A DNA stretch of 64,000 nucleotides from Candidatus Caldarchaeales archaeon (GCA_039630085.1 JBCNVM010000003.1:1-64000), one strand, 5' to 3'; positions 1 through 9,990 are shown, counted from the first letter of the stretch. Numbers and translations are program-made. The notes: generated by a model not told the origin, from the sequence alone.

Positions 1-321
1 GCGGCCGACGCGGTCTTCGTCCCCCTCGAGGACGGCGACAGGACCGAGAAGCTCGTGAGGATGGGGAAGGCTGTGATCGCGGTCGACCTTAACCCGTTCT
101 CGAGGACCGCGAGGGCCGCTACCATCACGATCGTCGACAACGTCGTCAGGGCGGTGCCCGAGCTGACGAGAGCGGTCCGGGAGCTGAGGTCCAGCCCGGA
201 GGATGAGCTGAGGGGCATCCTGAGGGACTTCGACAACTCGCTGAACCTCGCGCAGATGGTCTCGATAATCGCAAAGAGGCTCGAGTCGCTCGCGTCCTTC
301 GAGGAGTCGCTGGGGGATTGA
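1..321 (+). CDS. pps: 4-phosphopantoate--beta-alanine ligase (archaeal phosphopantothenate synthetase), 5'-truncated by window edge
   Basis: Frame open from position 1: AADAVFVPLEDGDRTEKLVRMGKAVIAVDLNPFSRTARAATITIVDNVVRA is the archaeal PPS C-terminal signature; overlaps panB. Confidence 0.9.
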   Translation, partial: AADAVFVPLEDGDRTEKLVRMGKAVIAVDLNPFSRTARAATITIVDNVVRAVPELTRAVRELRSSPEDELRGILRDFDNSLNLAQMVSIIAKRLESLASFEESLGD

Positions 322-1178
322 GGTTGGCTGAGAGTCCCGAGAAGCTGACCGCGCGGCACCTGATCAGGATGAAGTCCAAGGGCCAGAGGATCGCGATGAT
401 CACGGCCTACGATTACCCGACCGCGAAGCTCGTCGACGAGGCCGGCGCGGACGCGGTGCTGGTCGGCGACTCGGCGGCGATGGTTGTGCTCGGGTATCCG
501 GACACGAGGTTCGTGGGCATCGACGAGATGGTGACCTTCTGCAGGGCCGTGACGAGGGCCGTCAAGAGGGCTTTAGTCGTGGGCGACATGCCCTTCATGA
601 GCTATCAGGTCTCCGTCGAAGAGGCAGTCAGGAACGCCGGAAGGCTGGTCAGGGAGGGAGGTGTTGACGCGGTGAAGCTCGAGGGCGGGAGGGAGTACGC
701 GGAGGTGATCAGGGCGATCGCGAGGGCAGGAATTCCGGTTATGGGTCACGTCGGTATGACGCCGCAATTCTTCGTCACCAGCACGGGTTATAGGCTGCGG
801 GGGAAGAGGGCCGAGGACGCAGAGGCGGTCGTGAGGGACGCCGAGGAGGTCGCGAGGGCGGGAGCGTTCAGCGTCGTGCTGGAGTTCACGGTCTCCGAGG
901 TGGCGGAGTATCTCTCCTCGACGCTGGAGATCCCAGTGATCGGCATAGGCGCTGGACCGAAGTGTGACGGTCAGGTCCTCGTGCTGCACGATGTCGTCGG
1001 CCTCTACGAGCGCTCACCGCCTTTCAGCAAGCGATACGCCGATGCGGCGTCCGTCATCTTCAGAGCGGTCAGGAGTTACGTCGAGGAGGTGAAGGCCGGC
1101 TCTTTCCCCGGACTCGAGCACAGCACGTCGATGGAGCCCCGAGAGCGGGAGGAGTTCCTGAGGAGGGTGAGACGTTGA
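318..1178 (+). CDS. panB: 3-methyl-2-oxobutanoate hydroxymethyltransferase
   Basis: MITAYDY, LVGDS, GDMPFMSY, VKLEGG, PVMGHVG, GIGAG..CDGQVLV motifs. Confidence 0.97.
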   Translation: MRLAESPEKLTARHLIRMKSKGQRIAMITAYDYPTAKLVDEAGADAVLVGDSAAMVVLGYPDTRFVGIDEMVTFCRAVTRAVKRALVVGDMPFMSYQVSVEEAVRNAGRLVREGGVDAVKLEGGREYAEVIRAIARAGIPVMGHVGMTPQFFVTSTGYRLRGKRAEDAEAVVRDAEEVARAGAFSVVLEFTVSEVAEYLSSTLEIPVIGIGAGPKCDGQVLVLHDVVGLYERSPPFSKRYADAASVIFRAVRSYVEEVKAGSFPGLEHSTSMEPREREEFLRRVRR

Positions 1179-2065
1179 CGAAGAACTGGTCCAACGTCGG
1201 CAACGGGGTCTACCTGATCGACACGGTGGGCCCCTATTTCCCTAGGACGATCGCGTCCTACCTCGTGAGGTCGGAGAGGGGCTGGGTCCTCTTCGACACG
1301 GGCTACTCGAGCTCCGCGCACCACGTCCTCAGGGCAATAAGGGAGGTCGGCGTCGGACCGGGGGAGCTTAGGTTGGTGGTGGTCACACACGCACACCTCG
1401 ATCACTGCGGCGCGCTCGCGGAGGTCCTAGAGCGTCACCCTAAGGCGAAGGCCCTCGTCCACGAGAAGGCCTACAGGTACATGGTCGACCCTGAGAGGCT
1501 TCTGGAGTCGGTGAGGGCGCTCTTCGGCGAGGAGAACTTCAGGAGGATGGGGGGAATGAGGGGCGTGTCCGAGGAAAGGGTCGAGGTGGTCGACGACGGC
1601 GCCGAGCTGCCGCTGGGCGACAGGACGCTCAGGATATTCTACACGCCCGGCCACGCGCCCCATCACCTCTCGGTCTCGATCGATCCCCAGAGGTACGTCG
1701 TGACCGGCGACGCCGTCGCCCACAGGTCACCGCTCTTCCCGAGGCCCGTTCCTCCCACCGTGCCGCCCCGCTTCGACCTTGACAGCTATCTCAGGAGCCT
1801 GAGGAGGATCTTCGAGCATGAACCGAGGCTTCTTCTCAGACCCCACTACGGCCCTGGCACGACGCCCGAGGGCGCCCTCGAGGACGAGGTGGAGGTCGTC
1901 ACCCGGTGGATGGAGAGGGTGAGGGACCTTAAGAGGGAGTCGGCAGACCCGATCTCTATTGGCTGGAGGATACTAGACGAGGACTTCGGTGGCCGCGACA
2001 ACGTCGTCTCGTACGCGAGGGACGTGGTCCGCGTCTTCGTGCTGGGAGCCTACCTCTCGCTCTGA
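1175..2065 (+). CDS. MBL-fold metallo-hydrolase
   Basis: THAHLDHCG (HxHxDH), TPGHAPHH, TGD and PHYG motifs. Confidence 0.9.
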   Translation: MTKNWSNVGNGVYLIDTVGPYFPRTIASYLVRSERGWVLFDTGYSSSAHHVLRAIREVGVGPGELRLVVVTHAHLDHCGALAEVLERHPKAKALVHEKAYRYMVDPERLLESVRALFGEENFRRMGGMRGVSEERVEVVDDGAELPLGDRTLRIFYTPGHAPHHLSVSIDPQRYVVTGDAVAHRSPLFPRPVPPTVPPRFDLDSYLRSLRRIFEHEPRLLLRPHYGPGTTPEGALEDEVEVVTRWMERVRDLKRESADPISIGWRILDEDFGGRDNVVSYARDVVRVFVLGAYLSL

Positions 2066-2193
2066 CGGCCCAGCGCCCTCTTGCCGACGGACCTAGCCTC
2101 CTCTCGGAGCGCGGCCTTGAACTCCTCCACCAACCTCTTGGTCTCTGCGATGAGGCGCTCGATCTCCCTCCTGAGCTCCGATTCGGCGCTCAC
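2050..2193 (-). CDS. 47-aa coiled-coil microprotein (not in ORF track)
   Basis: GTG..TAG frame MSAESELRREIERLIAETKRLVEEFKAALREEARSVGKRALGRQSER with genome-typical codons; TTTAATAG TATA-like element ~25-30 nt upstream. Confidence 0.55.
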   Translation of the reverse strand: MSAESELRREIERLIAETKRLVEEFKAALREEARSVGKRALGRQSER

Positions 2194-2298
2194 GCTCCCC
2201 GACGCATGTCCCTCGCTATTAAACCCGAAAGCGTTCAGGTCGGTCCACGATGGCCCTCTCTCGAGGGCCGTGTCAGAGCGTCCGGGTTGGCAGTCAGG

Positions 2299-2946
2299 TC
2301 ACCTGAGCCCTAGGAGGAAGCTCGCGGAAATCAGCAGCAGGACCGCACCGCTGACCTTGGGAACGTAGCGCTCGTACCTCCCGATGCGCCGCTCGACTCT
2401 GTCGTACGTTCTCGCAGCGACGACCGTTACCCCGATGAGCCCCGCGGAGACCGCGGACGAGTAGACCAGCATGAGCCCCAAGGGGTCGATGCCGCCGACC
2501 GCGAGGGCCAGCAGCACGAACTCCTCCTCGTGAGCGAAGCCCAGGACGAACGCCGCGGCCGCCAGCCCCTTCAGTCCTATCAGCTCCGGGCCCCTGGAGC
2601 GATCATGGCCTCCGTGTCCGTGGTCCTGAGGGTTATCGTCGCGGCCCTCCTTCGTCAGGATCAGCTTAACTCCGAAGGCCAGGAGGACCAGCCCGGCCAC
2701 GACGTTCACGTACGGCAACGAGATGGGCATGAAAGCCCTTAGGACGACGTAGGCTAGCACCGCTGCCAGAGAAGATATTATGTGGAAGAACGATATAATA
2801 GAACTTCCGACGAGCGCCCTCAGGGTGCGCCTCGAGCCCCTGACCGCGTAAAGGATCGCGAGGGGCCAGCCGTGGCCCGGCTCCAACCCGTGAAGCATCC
2901 CGAGAGCGGCGACTGCGGCGTAGGTCGGCTCTATCACCGGCCTCAT
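2299..2946 (-). CDS. Nickel/cobalt transporter-like membrane protein (NiCoT/UreH/RcnA-related)
   Basis: LGMLHGLEPGHGW motif, His-rich loop DHGHGGHD, ~6 TM helices. Confidence 0.75.
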   Translation of the reverse strand: MRPVIEPTYAAVAALGMLHGLEPGHGWPLAILYAVRGSRRTLRALVGSSIISFFHIISSLAAVLAYVVLRAFMPISLPYVNVVAGLVLLAFGVKLILTKEGRDDNPQDHGHGGHDRSRGPELIGLKGLAAAAFVLGFAHEEEFVLLALAVGGIDPLGLMLVYSSAVSAGLIGVTVVAARTYDRVERRIGRYERYVPKVSGAVLLLISASFLLGLR

Positions 2947-3124
2947 GCCCCCGGCCCAATTAATAAACGGAGGAAGACGTCGCTTGAGCGCTCGACATCC
3001 CGATGGGACTGCTGGGGCCTAACTTCGTCCCTGTCCTCTTGGTATATCGCCGCCTGCAGGCCCGAGGACGTCCCGCAACGCATATAAGGGAGTGAAGTCC
3101 GTAGTAACGTAGGTATAAGGTCGT

Positions 3125-3601
3125 ATGAAAGTAAGGCTCCGGATACCGGTCCTAAGGGACTTCGCGTACGAGGTCGAGGTCGAAGATCCGTCGGAACTCA
3201 AACCGGAGGCGCTCCAAGAGGTTCACACCCGGGTTCTGGAGGTGCTCGAGGCCGTCAGGAGGCAGGCTCTGGTCACGCAGGCGCCCGAAGTCGAGGGCTG
3301 GTTCGACCTCACGGGAGACGTTCCGCACATGGGCAGGCTCGTCAGGGACCTTCCGCTCAAGGACCAGATACTTCTAGCATACTACGCCTGGGACCAGAAG
3401 GGCAGGAAGCAGTTGAAGCCCATAGAGGTCTACGAGTTCCTCAGGAACGACGGTTTTCCGGTGAACTACGGGAGCGTCGTGGCGAGGATAGCGGAGCTGA
3501 CTAGGGATGGCCTCCTGATCAGGGAGGCTGACGGGACCTACAGGCTGAGCAGGTACGGGACCGAGAGGGCCCAAACCCTGATCTCTCCGAAGCCCACATG
3601 A
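3125..3601 (+). CDS. Hypothetical protein with C-terminal winged-helix DNA-binding domain
   Basis: C-terminal SVVARIAELTRDGLLIREADGTYRLSRYG wing pattern. Confidence 0.6.
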   Translation: MKVRLRIPVLRDFAYEVEVEDPSELKPEALQEVHTRVLEVLEAVRRQALVTQAPEVEGWFDLTGDVPHMGRLVRDLPLKDQILLAYYAWDQKGRKQLKPIEVYEFLRNDGFPVNYGSVVARIAELTRDGLLIREADGTYRLSRYGTERAQTLISPKPT

Positions 3602-4149
3602 ACGCCCCGGCGCTGATCAAGGTCCTCACCGCGACCAGCCTAGCGTCCACGGCCCTCTTGGCCGCCTACGCCCTTGTCGTCTACGAGTCGCTCCCCGAAA
3701 GGGTCGCGATAGACTTCGACGCCGCTGGCAGGCCGACTAGGTACGCGCCGAAGCCCGAGCTCCTCACAATCCTCTACCTGTTGATCGGCGTCCTCGCGTC
3801 GGTCACGGCCCTCATTTCGGTGATCTCGGTCAAGCGGCACGCGATCGTCGAGCGATACCCCTACCTCGTCAACCTCCCCGCGCTGGCTATTCTCCTAGGA
3901 AAGCTGCCGGAGCAGATCAGGAGGACCTACGTCGACAAGATCTTCGTCCCCCTGCCTGCCGTCGGCATAGTCCTGAACGCGGGAGTCTTCTTCCCACTGG
4001 TCCACATATTGCTCGAGGCTGCCAAGACCGAGTACTTCACCCCACTCCTCCTTATCGCAATCGTGCTGACGTTCGCGCTCTCGATAGCACCTGCCATGAT
4101 ATTATATTATCGGAAGATTTACAGAGAACTGAAGGCGATAGTCACCTGA
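3598..4149 (+). CDS. DUF1648/SdpI-like membrane protein
   Basis: YESLPERVAIDFDAAGRPTRYAPK matches DUF1648 pattern (LPxxVxxHFxxxGxPxxxxxK); 4 TM. Confidence 0.75.
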   Translation: MNAPALIKVLTATSLASTALLAAYALVVYESLPERVAIDFDAAGRPTRYAPKPELLTILYLLIGVLASVTALISVISVKRHAIVERYPYLVNLPALAILLGKLPEQIRRTYVDKIFVPLPAVGIVLNAGVFFPLVHILLEAAKTEYFTPLLLIAIVLTFALSIAPAMILYYRKIYRELKAIVT

Positions 4150-4918
4150 TGTAGCCCGGAGGGGCCTCGAGCTCAAGGCCCTTTGGCATCCTGGACATGC
4201 TCGCGGCGGTCCTCCTCATCAAGTCCCTCAGCTGGAGCCTGATCGAGTCTGACTGCTCGATCAGGGGCTGGACGTTGAAGTCGGTCCCGAAGACCCTGTT
4301 GATGAAGGCGATCACCTCCGCGGATGCGCCGGGGTCGGGGTACTGGAGGTGGGACTGCGCCAGTACGAGCATCACCTTTAGACCGCGCTCTGTCCCCAGC
4401 TTGATCAGGGCCGCGTTGTGACCGGTGATGAAGCCCATCTCGAAAGCCTCCGCTTGACCCTTCCTCGTGAACTCCTCGGTGAGCGATAGGTCGTTGGAGA
4501 CGACGAAGACCCGCGGCTTCTCGATCTCTAGCCGGTTGGGCTCGGGGACGCCGCCGAGCGAGACCACGAGCTCCGATGAGGCCTCGACCGCGTAGTCGAC
4601 GATACCCTTCGCCGCGGACCAGATCAGCTGAGGGAATATCGGGATGTCGGAGTAGACAACCGAGAAGGCCGGTCTGCCTCCCACATCGACCCTGTAAAGC
4701 CTCACGGGCTCCAGTATCCTGCCCTCCTGCACAACGACGACGGGCGGAGCCTCGCTTAGGTCTATGCTCCCCAAGAGGCTCGACTGAGAGTTCGCGATGA
4801 TGTACGAGGTCGCGATCGTCCCTACGAGGCCGACGTCCGGAAGCCCCACGATCGTCGGCGCTCCCTTGACGGCCTTCCCCGAGAGCCTCAGCGCCACGGG
4901 CACCACTTCCCCTCTCAT
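4142..4918 (-). CDS. PAC2-family proteasome assembly chaperone
   Basis: GLPDVGLVGTIA, SLGG and YPDPGASA motifs; C-terminus PPGYIR. Confidence 0.88.
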   Translation of the reverse strand: MRGEVVPVALRLSGKAVKGAPTIVGLPDVGLVGTIATSYIIANSQSSLLGSIDLSEAPPVVVVQEGRILEPVRLYRVDVGGRPAFSVVYSDIPIFPQLIWSAAKGIVDYAVEASSELVVSLGGVPEPNRLEIEKPRVFVVSNDLSLTEEFTRKGQAEAFEMGFITGHNAALIKLGTERGLKVMLVLAQSHLQYPDPGASAEVIAFINRVFGTDFNVQPLIEQSDSIRLQLRDLMRRTAASMSRMPKGLELEAPPGYIR

Positions 4919-5988
4919 TTCTTAAAGGTATCAGGCCACCGGAGTTTCAGAGGGTACGACTCCGGGTCCTCGGGGAGCGACGGGTAGTCGGGCGGCCACA
5001 CGGACGGGTTGACCGAGTCGAGCTCCGCCAGCGCCTCCTCGATCTCGCGCCTCCTCGGCTCGAGCCACGGCGGCAGGACCAGCCTCGTCCCCAAGCTTTC
5101 CGAGGGCTCGTCGACCGCGTATCCCGGCCCCGCAGTAGCGACCTCGAGGAGGTTTCCCTCAGGGTCCCTGAAGTAAAGCGACCTGAACCAGAACCTGTCC
5201 ACGACCCCGGAGTTCGGTATGCGGGCGGAATTCAATCTCCTCAGGATCGCCCGCTGGTCGCGCTCGTCCTCGACCGCGAAGGCGACGTGGTGTATCGAGC
5301 CCCTCCCGACGAGCCCGTAGTCGGCGTCAGGCTCGACGACGTAGTGCAGGTAGTCGTCGCTCTCCTCCTCTGATGCCACGAGGTAGAACCTGCCGCTCCG
5401 GTCCCTCGCCCTCTCCCAGCCGGTCACGCCGAGGAACTTCTCGTAGAACTTCTCAACGACCTCGGGGTCCGTGGCCAGTATGGTGGCGTGGTCGAAGCTG
5501 ATCAGCCTCATCGATCCGCCGACTCCGTCCACGTCGACTCTTTCAGTCAACAGCTCCCTGACGTAGTCGAGTGAGGCGCCCTCCTTCGGCGCGACGAGCT
5601 CTATCACCGCTCCGTCGGGATCCGGAAGGTAGATCGAGAACCCGTAGAACCTCTCGAAGGGCCCCTCGACCGGGACCCCATTTTCTCTCAGCCACCAGTA
5701 CCAGTCCCTGAGCGACTCGACGGACCCGACTCGGTAGGCGACGTGGTGCGGTGACCCGAGCCCCGGCCTCCCCAACGGCAGGTGCGGCCACTCGAAGAAG
5801 GTGATCGTGCTCCCCACGGTCGATTCGGGGTTCGCGTAGAAGGCGTGCCTGTGGTAGACGTCGTCCTGGTTGACCGAGAGCTTCACCCTCCTCAGCCCGA
5901 GCACGTCGACGTAGAACCTCGCGTTGACCGAGTGGTTGCCCGTGACCAGAGTCACGTGGTGCAGGCCTCTGATCTCCGACCCGTTCAC
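4915..5988 (-). CDS. VOC/glyoxalase-family ring-cleaving dioxygenase (MhqA/MhqO-like)
   Basis: GLHHVT, FYVDVLGLRRVK.SVNQDD, TFFEWP, GSIHHVAF, DRFWFRSLYFRDPEGNLLEVAT.GPG, LGTRLVLPPWLE. Confidence 0.9.
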   Translation of the reverse strand: MNGSEIRGLHHVTLVTGNHSVNARFYVDVLGLRRVKLSVNQDDVYHRHAFYANPESTVGSTITFFEWPHLPLGRPGLGSPHHVAYRVGSVESLRDWYWWLRENGVPVEGPFERFYGFSIYLPDPDGAVIELVAPKEGASLDYVRELLTERVDVDGVGGSMRLISFDHATILATDPEVVEKFYEKFLGVTGWERARDRSGRFYLVASEEESDDYLHYVVEPDADYGLVGRGSIHHVAFAVEDERDQRAILRRLNSARIPNSGVVDRFWFRSLYFRDPEGNLLEVATAGPGYAVDEPSESLGTRLVLPPWLEPRRREIEEALAELDSVNPSVWPPDYPSLPEDPESYPLKLRWPDTFKK

Positions 5989-6013
5989 CGCGTTCCCGAC
6001 GGAGGGGCGGCTA

Positions 6014-6610
6014 ATGAGCTTGCGCGGACTTCCCGAAACGGTGAAGAGCTGCCCGGAGCCTCAAGAGGTCGTGATCTTCGAGGAGTACCTCGGCTACAGG
6101 ATACTGGTTTGCGGGATGAGGGTCGGAGTCGAGGACCCGGTCGGCGCGCTTTCGGCGCTCGAGCTCCCCGAGGGCGTCAGGGTCCAGCTCTACGACCCGC
6201 GCGCCGCGGCCTCGGAGAGGCAGATCGCCCTCGCCTTCCTCTGCGCGGTCGACTCGTTCCACACGGGGACGAACAGGGCCAGGAGGATTGAGGTAGAGGT
6301 GCTCAGGTACCTCGCCTGCTCGACCCAGATCGAACAGGCCATCGCGAGGGCCGGCGTGAGGGAGGGCACGAGGGAGGTGGGCGTGATGGTGATCGCGGAG
6401 CAGGGGAGCGACCCCAAGCCCGTCCTCAAGGAGGTCGAGAGGGCCCTGCGGGGCGAGCTGGCCCCCGAGTTCACCCTCCGCGCCGAGCCCTTAGAGCTGT
6501 TGAAGAATTACGGCATTGACCCAAGGAGGGCCGATCGCCTCCCCGAGTCTGAAGGTGCCGAACGGGAGGAGCTCCTGCTGCTCGAGGAGATGGTCGCTCT
6601 CAGGGTCTAG
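6014..6610 (+). CDS. cgi121: KEOPS complex subunit Cgi121
   Basis: QIALAFLCA..F..GTNRARRIEVEVLRYLACSTQIEQAIARAG..LLLEEMVAL pattern; start uncertain. Confidence 0.75.
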   Translation: MSLRGLPETVKSCPEPQEVVIFEEYLGYRILVCGMRVGVEDPVGALSALELPEGVRVQLYDPRAAASERQIALAFLCAVDSFHTGTNRARRIEVEVLRYLACSTQIEQAIARAGVREGTREVGVMVIAEQGSDPKPVLKEVERALRGELAPEFTLRAEPLELLKNYGIDPRRADRLPESEGAEREELLLLEEMVALRV

Positions 6611-6612
6611 GG

Positions 6613-7833
6613 CTATCTGTCCCACTCGACGGGCCACATGTTGTGCGACCAGTAGATCACCGGGATGTCCGCGATCCTCTTCCCCTTCGCGAGGTAGGGC
6701 ACCAGCAGCAGGTTCCTGAAAGAGGGCGTCATGATCCTGACCCTGTAGGGCCTGTCTGCCGCGTCAGACCTGACGTAGTAGGTCATCTCGCCGTGGGCCG
6801 CCTCAACCCTCGCGACCGCCTCGCCCGGAGGGACCCTCAGGTTGATCGGGTGCTGCTTGTTCTTGACGGGGCCCTCGGGCATCATCTCGACCGCCTGCCT
6901 GATGATCCTGACGCTCTGGAGCATCTCCTCGTAGGCGACCCAGGCCCTCGCGTAAGAGTCGCCCTCGGTCCTCACCGGGACCTCAAAGCTGAACTTGGAG
7001 TAGGCGTCGTAGGGCTCGTCGACCCGCATGTCCCTCCTGAACCCGGAGGCCCTGAGGCTGACCCCGACGGCGCCGAGCTCCGCGGCCATCTCCCTCGTTA
7101 GGACGCCGACTCCCCTCGTCCTGTCGATGAAGATCGCGTTCTCGAGGATCAGGTCCCTGTAGTTCTCGAGCCTCGCGTCGAGGAAGTCCATCACCCTGAG
7201 GACGTACTTCGGGAAGTCGTCGGTCAGCTCGCCGTCCTTCGGGGACTTGCCGGTCGCGTCCCTGTACCATGCCCTGAACCTCTGGACCAGCTCGGTCGGG
7301 ACCTTCTTCGGGACGTCGTTCCTCACGCCCCCCGGAACGAAGTACGAGAGGGTGATCCTCTGGCCCCCGATGAACTGGACCAGGTCGACGACGAACTCGC
7401 GGTCGCCGAAGCACCAGAGGAAGGGCGTCGTGAGCCCGAGGAAGACGCCGTAGAGCGCGAAGTAGTAGAAGTGCGAGCCTATCCTGTTCAGCTCAGCCAC
7501 TAAGGGCCGGATGTACTTCGCCCTCTCGGGCGGCTCGACCCCCATGAGCCTCTCGACCGCGAGGCAGTAGGGATAAACCACCCCGGCCGCGTCGAGGATC
7601 GCGGGCCTCTCGAGGTGCGGAATGTTCGTGATCCAGGTCTTGTACTCGCACATCTTCTCCTCTCCCCTGTGGACGAAGCCCGGGTCCGGGTCCAACTCGA
7701 CGACCGTGTCGCCGATCACCCTCGCGATCATCCTGAAGTGCCCCGTGCCCGGGTGCTGGGGACCGTACGAGAAGACCAGCCCCTCGCCGGTCTCGAGTAT
7801 CGAGACCTCCCTCGCCTCGGTCTCGGCGGTCAT
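6613..7833 (-). CDS. nuoD: NADH:quinone oxidoreductase subunit D (complex I 49-kDa type), stand-alone
   Basis: GPQHPGTGH, GFVHRGEEK, ELNRIGSH, RASG, GDSYAR, EAAHGE, PYRVRI; no CxxC Ni ligands; probable start ATG 7833 (ORF-track extension overlaps trpE). Confidence 0.9.
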   Translation of the reverse strand: MTAETEAREVSILETGEGLVFSYGPQHPGTGHFRMIARVIGDTVVELDPDPGFVHRGEEKMCEYKTWITNIPHLERPAILDAAGVVYPYCLAVERLMGVEPPERAKYIRPLVAELNRIGSHFYYFALYGVFLGLTTPFLWCFGDREFVVDLVQFIGGQRITLSYFVPGGVRNDVPKKVPTELVQRFRAWYRDATGKSPKDGELTDDFPKYVLRVMDFLDARLENYRDLILENAIFIDRTRGVGVLTREMAAELGAVGVSLRASGFRRDMRVDEPYDAYSKFSFEVPVRTEGDSYARAWVAYEEMLQSVRIIRQAVEMMPEGPVKNKQHPINLRVPPGEAVARVEAAHGEMTYYVRSDAADRPYRVRIMTPSFRNLLLVPYLAKGKRIADIPVIYWSHNMWPVEWDR

Positions 7834-8002
7834 CGCACGTGAGACGTTGCCCCGCGCTATAAGCGTAGGTTCTGACCTCGGCGGAGGGCCGATGGCGTTC
7901 GAGGCCTCTACCGCTTCCTCGCTGAGAACTCCGAGCCGCGTCCCGAGGACCTCACGGGCAACGTTGAAATAACGGCGAGGAGTCGCAGGCCCGCAATGAA
8001 CG

Positions 8003-9409
8003 GTGGTCGTCTTTGGACGGGAGCTGATTGACCCGTCCTTCTCGGTCAGGCGAGTCGACGAGCGGATAGACCTCCTCTCGCTGGTCTCGGTCCTGAGGTC
8101 GGAGTTCGAGGACGTGGTCTTCCTGGAGTCTGCTGAGGGGCCCTCGCCTCTAGCCGAGTACAGCTTTCTCGCCTTCGACCCGGTCGCGGTGCTGGAGGTC
8201 CCCGAGGTCATGGACCGCTCGAGGCTCTACGTCGACGGCTCTCTGGTCGAGGAGCTCGACGACCCGCTGGGCCACCTGAGGTCCCTGATCGGGAAAGGGC
8301 TTCCGGCTGCTGCGACGCCGAGGCTCGCGGGAGGCGCGATCGGGTTCGTCTCCTACGACTCGGCTAGGGCGTGGCACGAGTTCGAAGGCCGGAGAGACAT
8401 CAGTTCGGGGTTCCCGGCGATGAGGTTCGGCGTCTTCAGGTCGATAGTCGTCCACGACCACAGGACCCGCGAGACCTACGTCTGCTCGGTGGGGTCCGAC
8501 GGTCCTGATCCGGAGCTCCGGAGGGCCCTGAGGGAAGCGGAGGGGCGAGACGCGTTCGACGGCGAGGGCTTCAGGCACGAGGAGGTAGGGGCTTCGCTCT
8601 CCGAGGCCGAGTTCGTCGAGGCGGTGGAGGCTGCGAAGGAATACATCTCGAGCGGCGATGTCTTCCAGGTCGTACTCTCGAGGAGGGTCGACCTGAGGGT
8701 CTCCGGCGACCTGATGCGGGTCTACGCGGCCCTCAGGAGGATAAACCCGTCGCCCTACATGTTTCTTCTCAGGCTGGGGGACGTCGAGCTAGTTGGTTCG
8801 AGCCCCGAGATGCTGGTCCGCGTCGAGGGCGACAGGATTACGACCTTCCCGATCGCGGGGACGAGGAGGAGGCTGGAGGACCCGCTCGAGGACTCTGCCT
8901 CTGACATGCAGCTGCTCTCGGACGAGAAGGAGCTCGCGGAGCACGTGATGCTGGTGGACCTCGCCAGGAACGACCTCGGAAGGGTCTGCAGGCCCGGGAC
9001 CGTCAATGTGGCCGAGAGGATGAGGCTGGTGAAGTACAGTCACGTCAAGCACCTCGTCTCGAGGGTCGAGGGGTCCCTGAAGCCCGGCCTAGACGCGTTA
9101 GACGCGTTCGTCTCGGTCTTTCCCGCAGGCACGGTCTCCGGAGCCCCGAAGCTGAGGGCGATGGAAATCATCGACGAGCTCGAGCCGGTCGCGAGGGGGC
9201 CGTACGCGGGCGCAGTCGGATACGTCTCCTTCAACTGGTCCGCGGACTTCGCGATCGCGATCAGGACCCTCTTCAGGAGGGGAGAGATGGCCTTCGTGCA
9301 GGCCGGCGCGGGCGTCGTCTGGGACTCGGTGCCGGAGAGGGAGTACGCGGAGACCGAGGCGAAGCTCTCAGCCCTGAGGGCGGCCCTGAGGGAGGCCGAT
9401 GGCACGTGA
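8003..9409 (+). CDS. trpE: Anthranilate synthase component I
   Basis: FLESA, GDVFQVVLS, NPSPYM, GSSPE, PIAGTR, EHVMLVDLARND, FPAGTVSGAPK, GPYAGAVG. Confidence 0.97.
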   Translation: MVVFGRELIDPSFSVRRVDERIDLLSLVSVLRSEFEDVVFLESAEGPSPLAEYSFLAFDPVAVLEVPEVMDRSRLYVDGSLVEELDDPLGHLRSLIGKGLPAAATPRLAGGAIGFVSYDSARAWHEFEGRRDISSGFPAMRFGVFRSIVVHDHRTRETYVCSVGSDGPDPELRRALREAEGRDAFDGEGFRHEEVGASLSEAEFVEAVEAAKEYISSGDVFQVVLSRRVDLRVSGDLMRVYAALRRINPSPYMFLLRLGDVELVGSSPEMLVRVEGDRITTFPIAGTRRRLEDPLEDSASDMQLLSDEKELAEHVMLVDLARNDLGRVCRPGTVNVAERMRLVKYSHVKHLVSRVEGSLKPGLDALDAFVSVFPAGTVSGAPKLRAMEIIDELEPVARGPYAGAVGYVSFNWSADFAIAIRTLFRRGEMAFVQAGAGVVWDSVPEREYAETEAKLSALRAALREADGT

Positions 9410-9990
9410 GGGTCCTCATACTGGACAACTACGACTCCTTCGTCTGGAACTTAGCCGACTACGTCGGGAAACTGGGCGCGGAGCCGGTCGTCAGGAGGAG
9501 CATGAAGCTGACGCTGGAGGACGTCGCGTCGCTCGGACCCGAGAGGATCATCATATCCCCTGGCCCGGGGCATCCGTCCGAGAGGAGGTTCACGGGCGTC
9601 TCGGCCGACGTGGTGCTGTGCTTGGGAAGCCGGATCCCGGTGCTCGGCGTCTGCCTCGGGATGCAGCTGATCGGGCACGCGCTCGGCGGGAGCGTCGTAA
9701 GGGCGAGGAGGGTCGTCCACGGAAAGGCCTCGAGGGTGGCACACGTCGGCGAAGGTGTCTTCAGGGGCCTCGAGAACCCGCTCACGGTCGGGAGGTACCA
9801 CTCGCTGGTCGTGAGGGGGGACGACTTGCCGAAGGACCTTGAGGTGATCGCGAGGGACATCGAGGACGGCGAGCCGATGGCGATCAGGCACAGGAGGTGG
9901 CCCCTGGTGGGGGTGCAGTTCCACCCAGAGTCGGTCCTCACGCCGAGGGGGATCGACCTGCTCAGGAACTTCCTCATGGGTGAGCTGTGA
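9406..9990 (+). CDS. trpG: Anthranilate synthase component II (class I GATase)
   Basis: DNYDSFVWNL, SPGPGHP, GVCLGMQ, RYHSL, QFHPES. Confidence 0.97.
   Translation: MRVLILDNYDSFVWNLADYVGKLGAEPVVRRSMKLTLEDVASLGPERIIISPGPGHPSERRFTGVSADVVLCLGSRIPVLGVCLGMQLIGHALGGSVVRARRVVHGKASRVAHVGEGVFRGLENPLTVGRYHSLVVRGDDLPKDLEVIARDIEDGEPMAIRHRRWPLVGVQFHPESVLTPRGIDLLRNFLMGEL

Noticed and set aside
7834-8002. Trp attenuator/leader peptide; 9-bp inverted repeat ACGTTGCCC/GGGCAACGT
   Set aside because: No Trp-codon leader ORF, and the short GC-rich repeat ~100 nt apart may be chance.
7834-8211. N-terminal extension of NuoD in the ORF track
   Set aside because: Ser/Thr/Arg-rich antisense translation of trpE; homology begins at ATG 7833.
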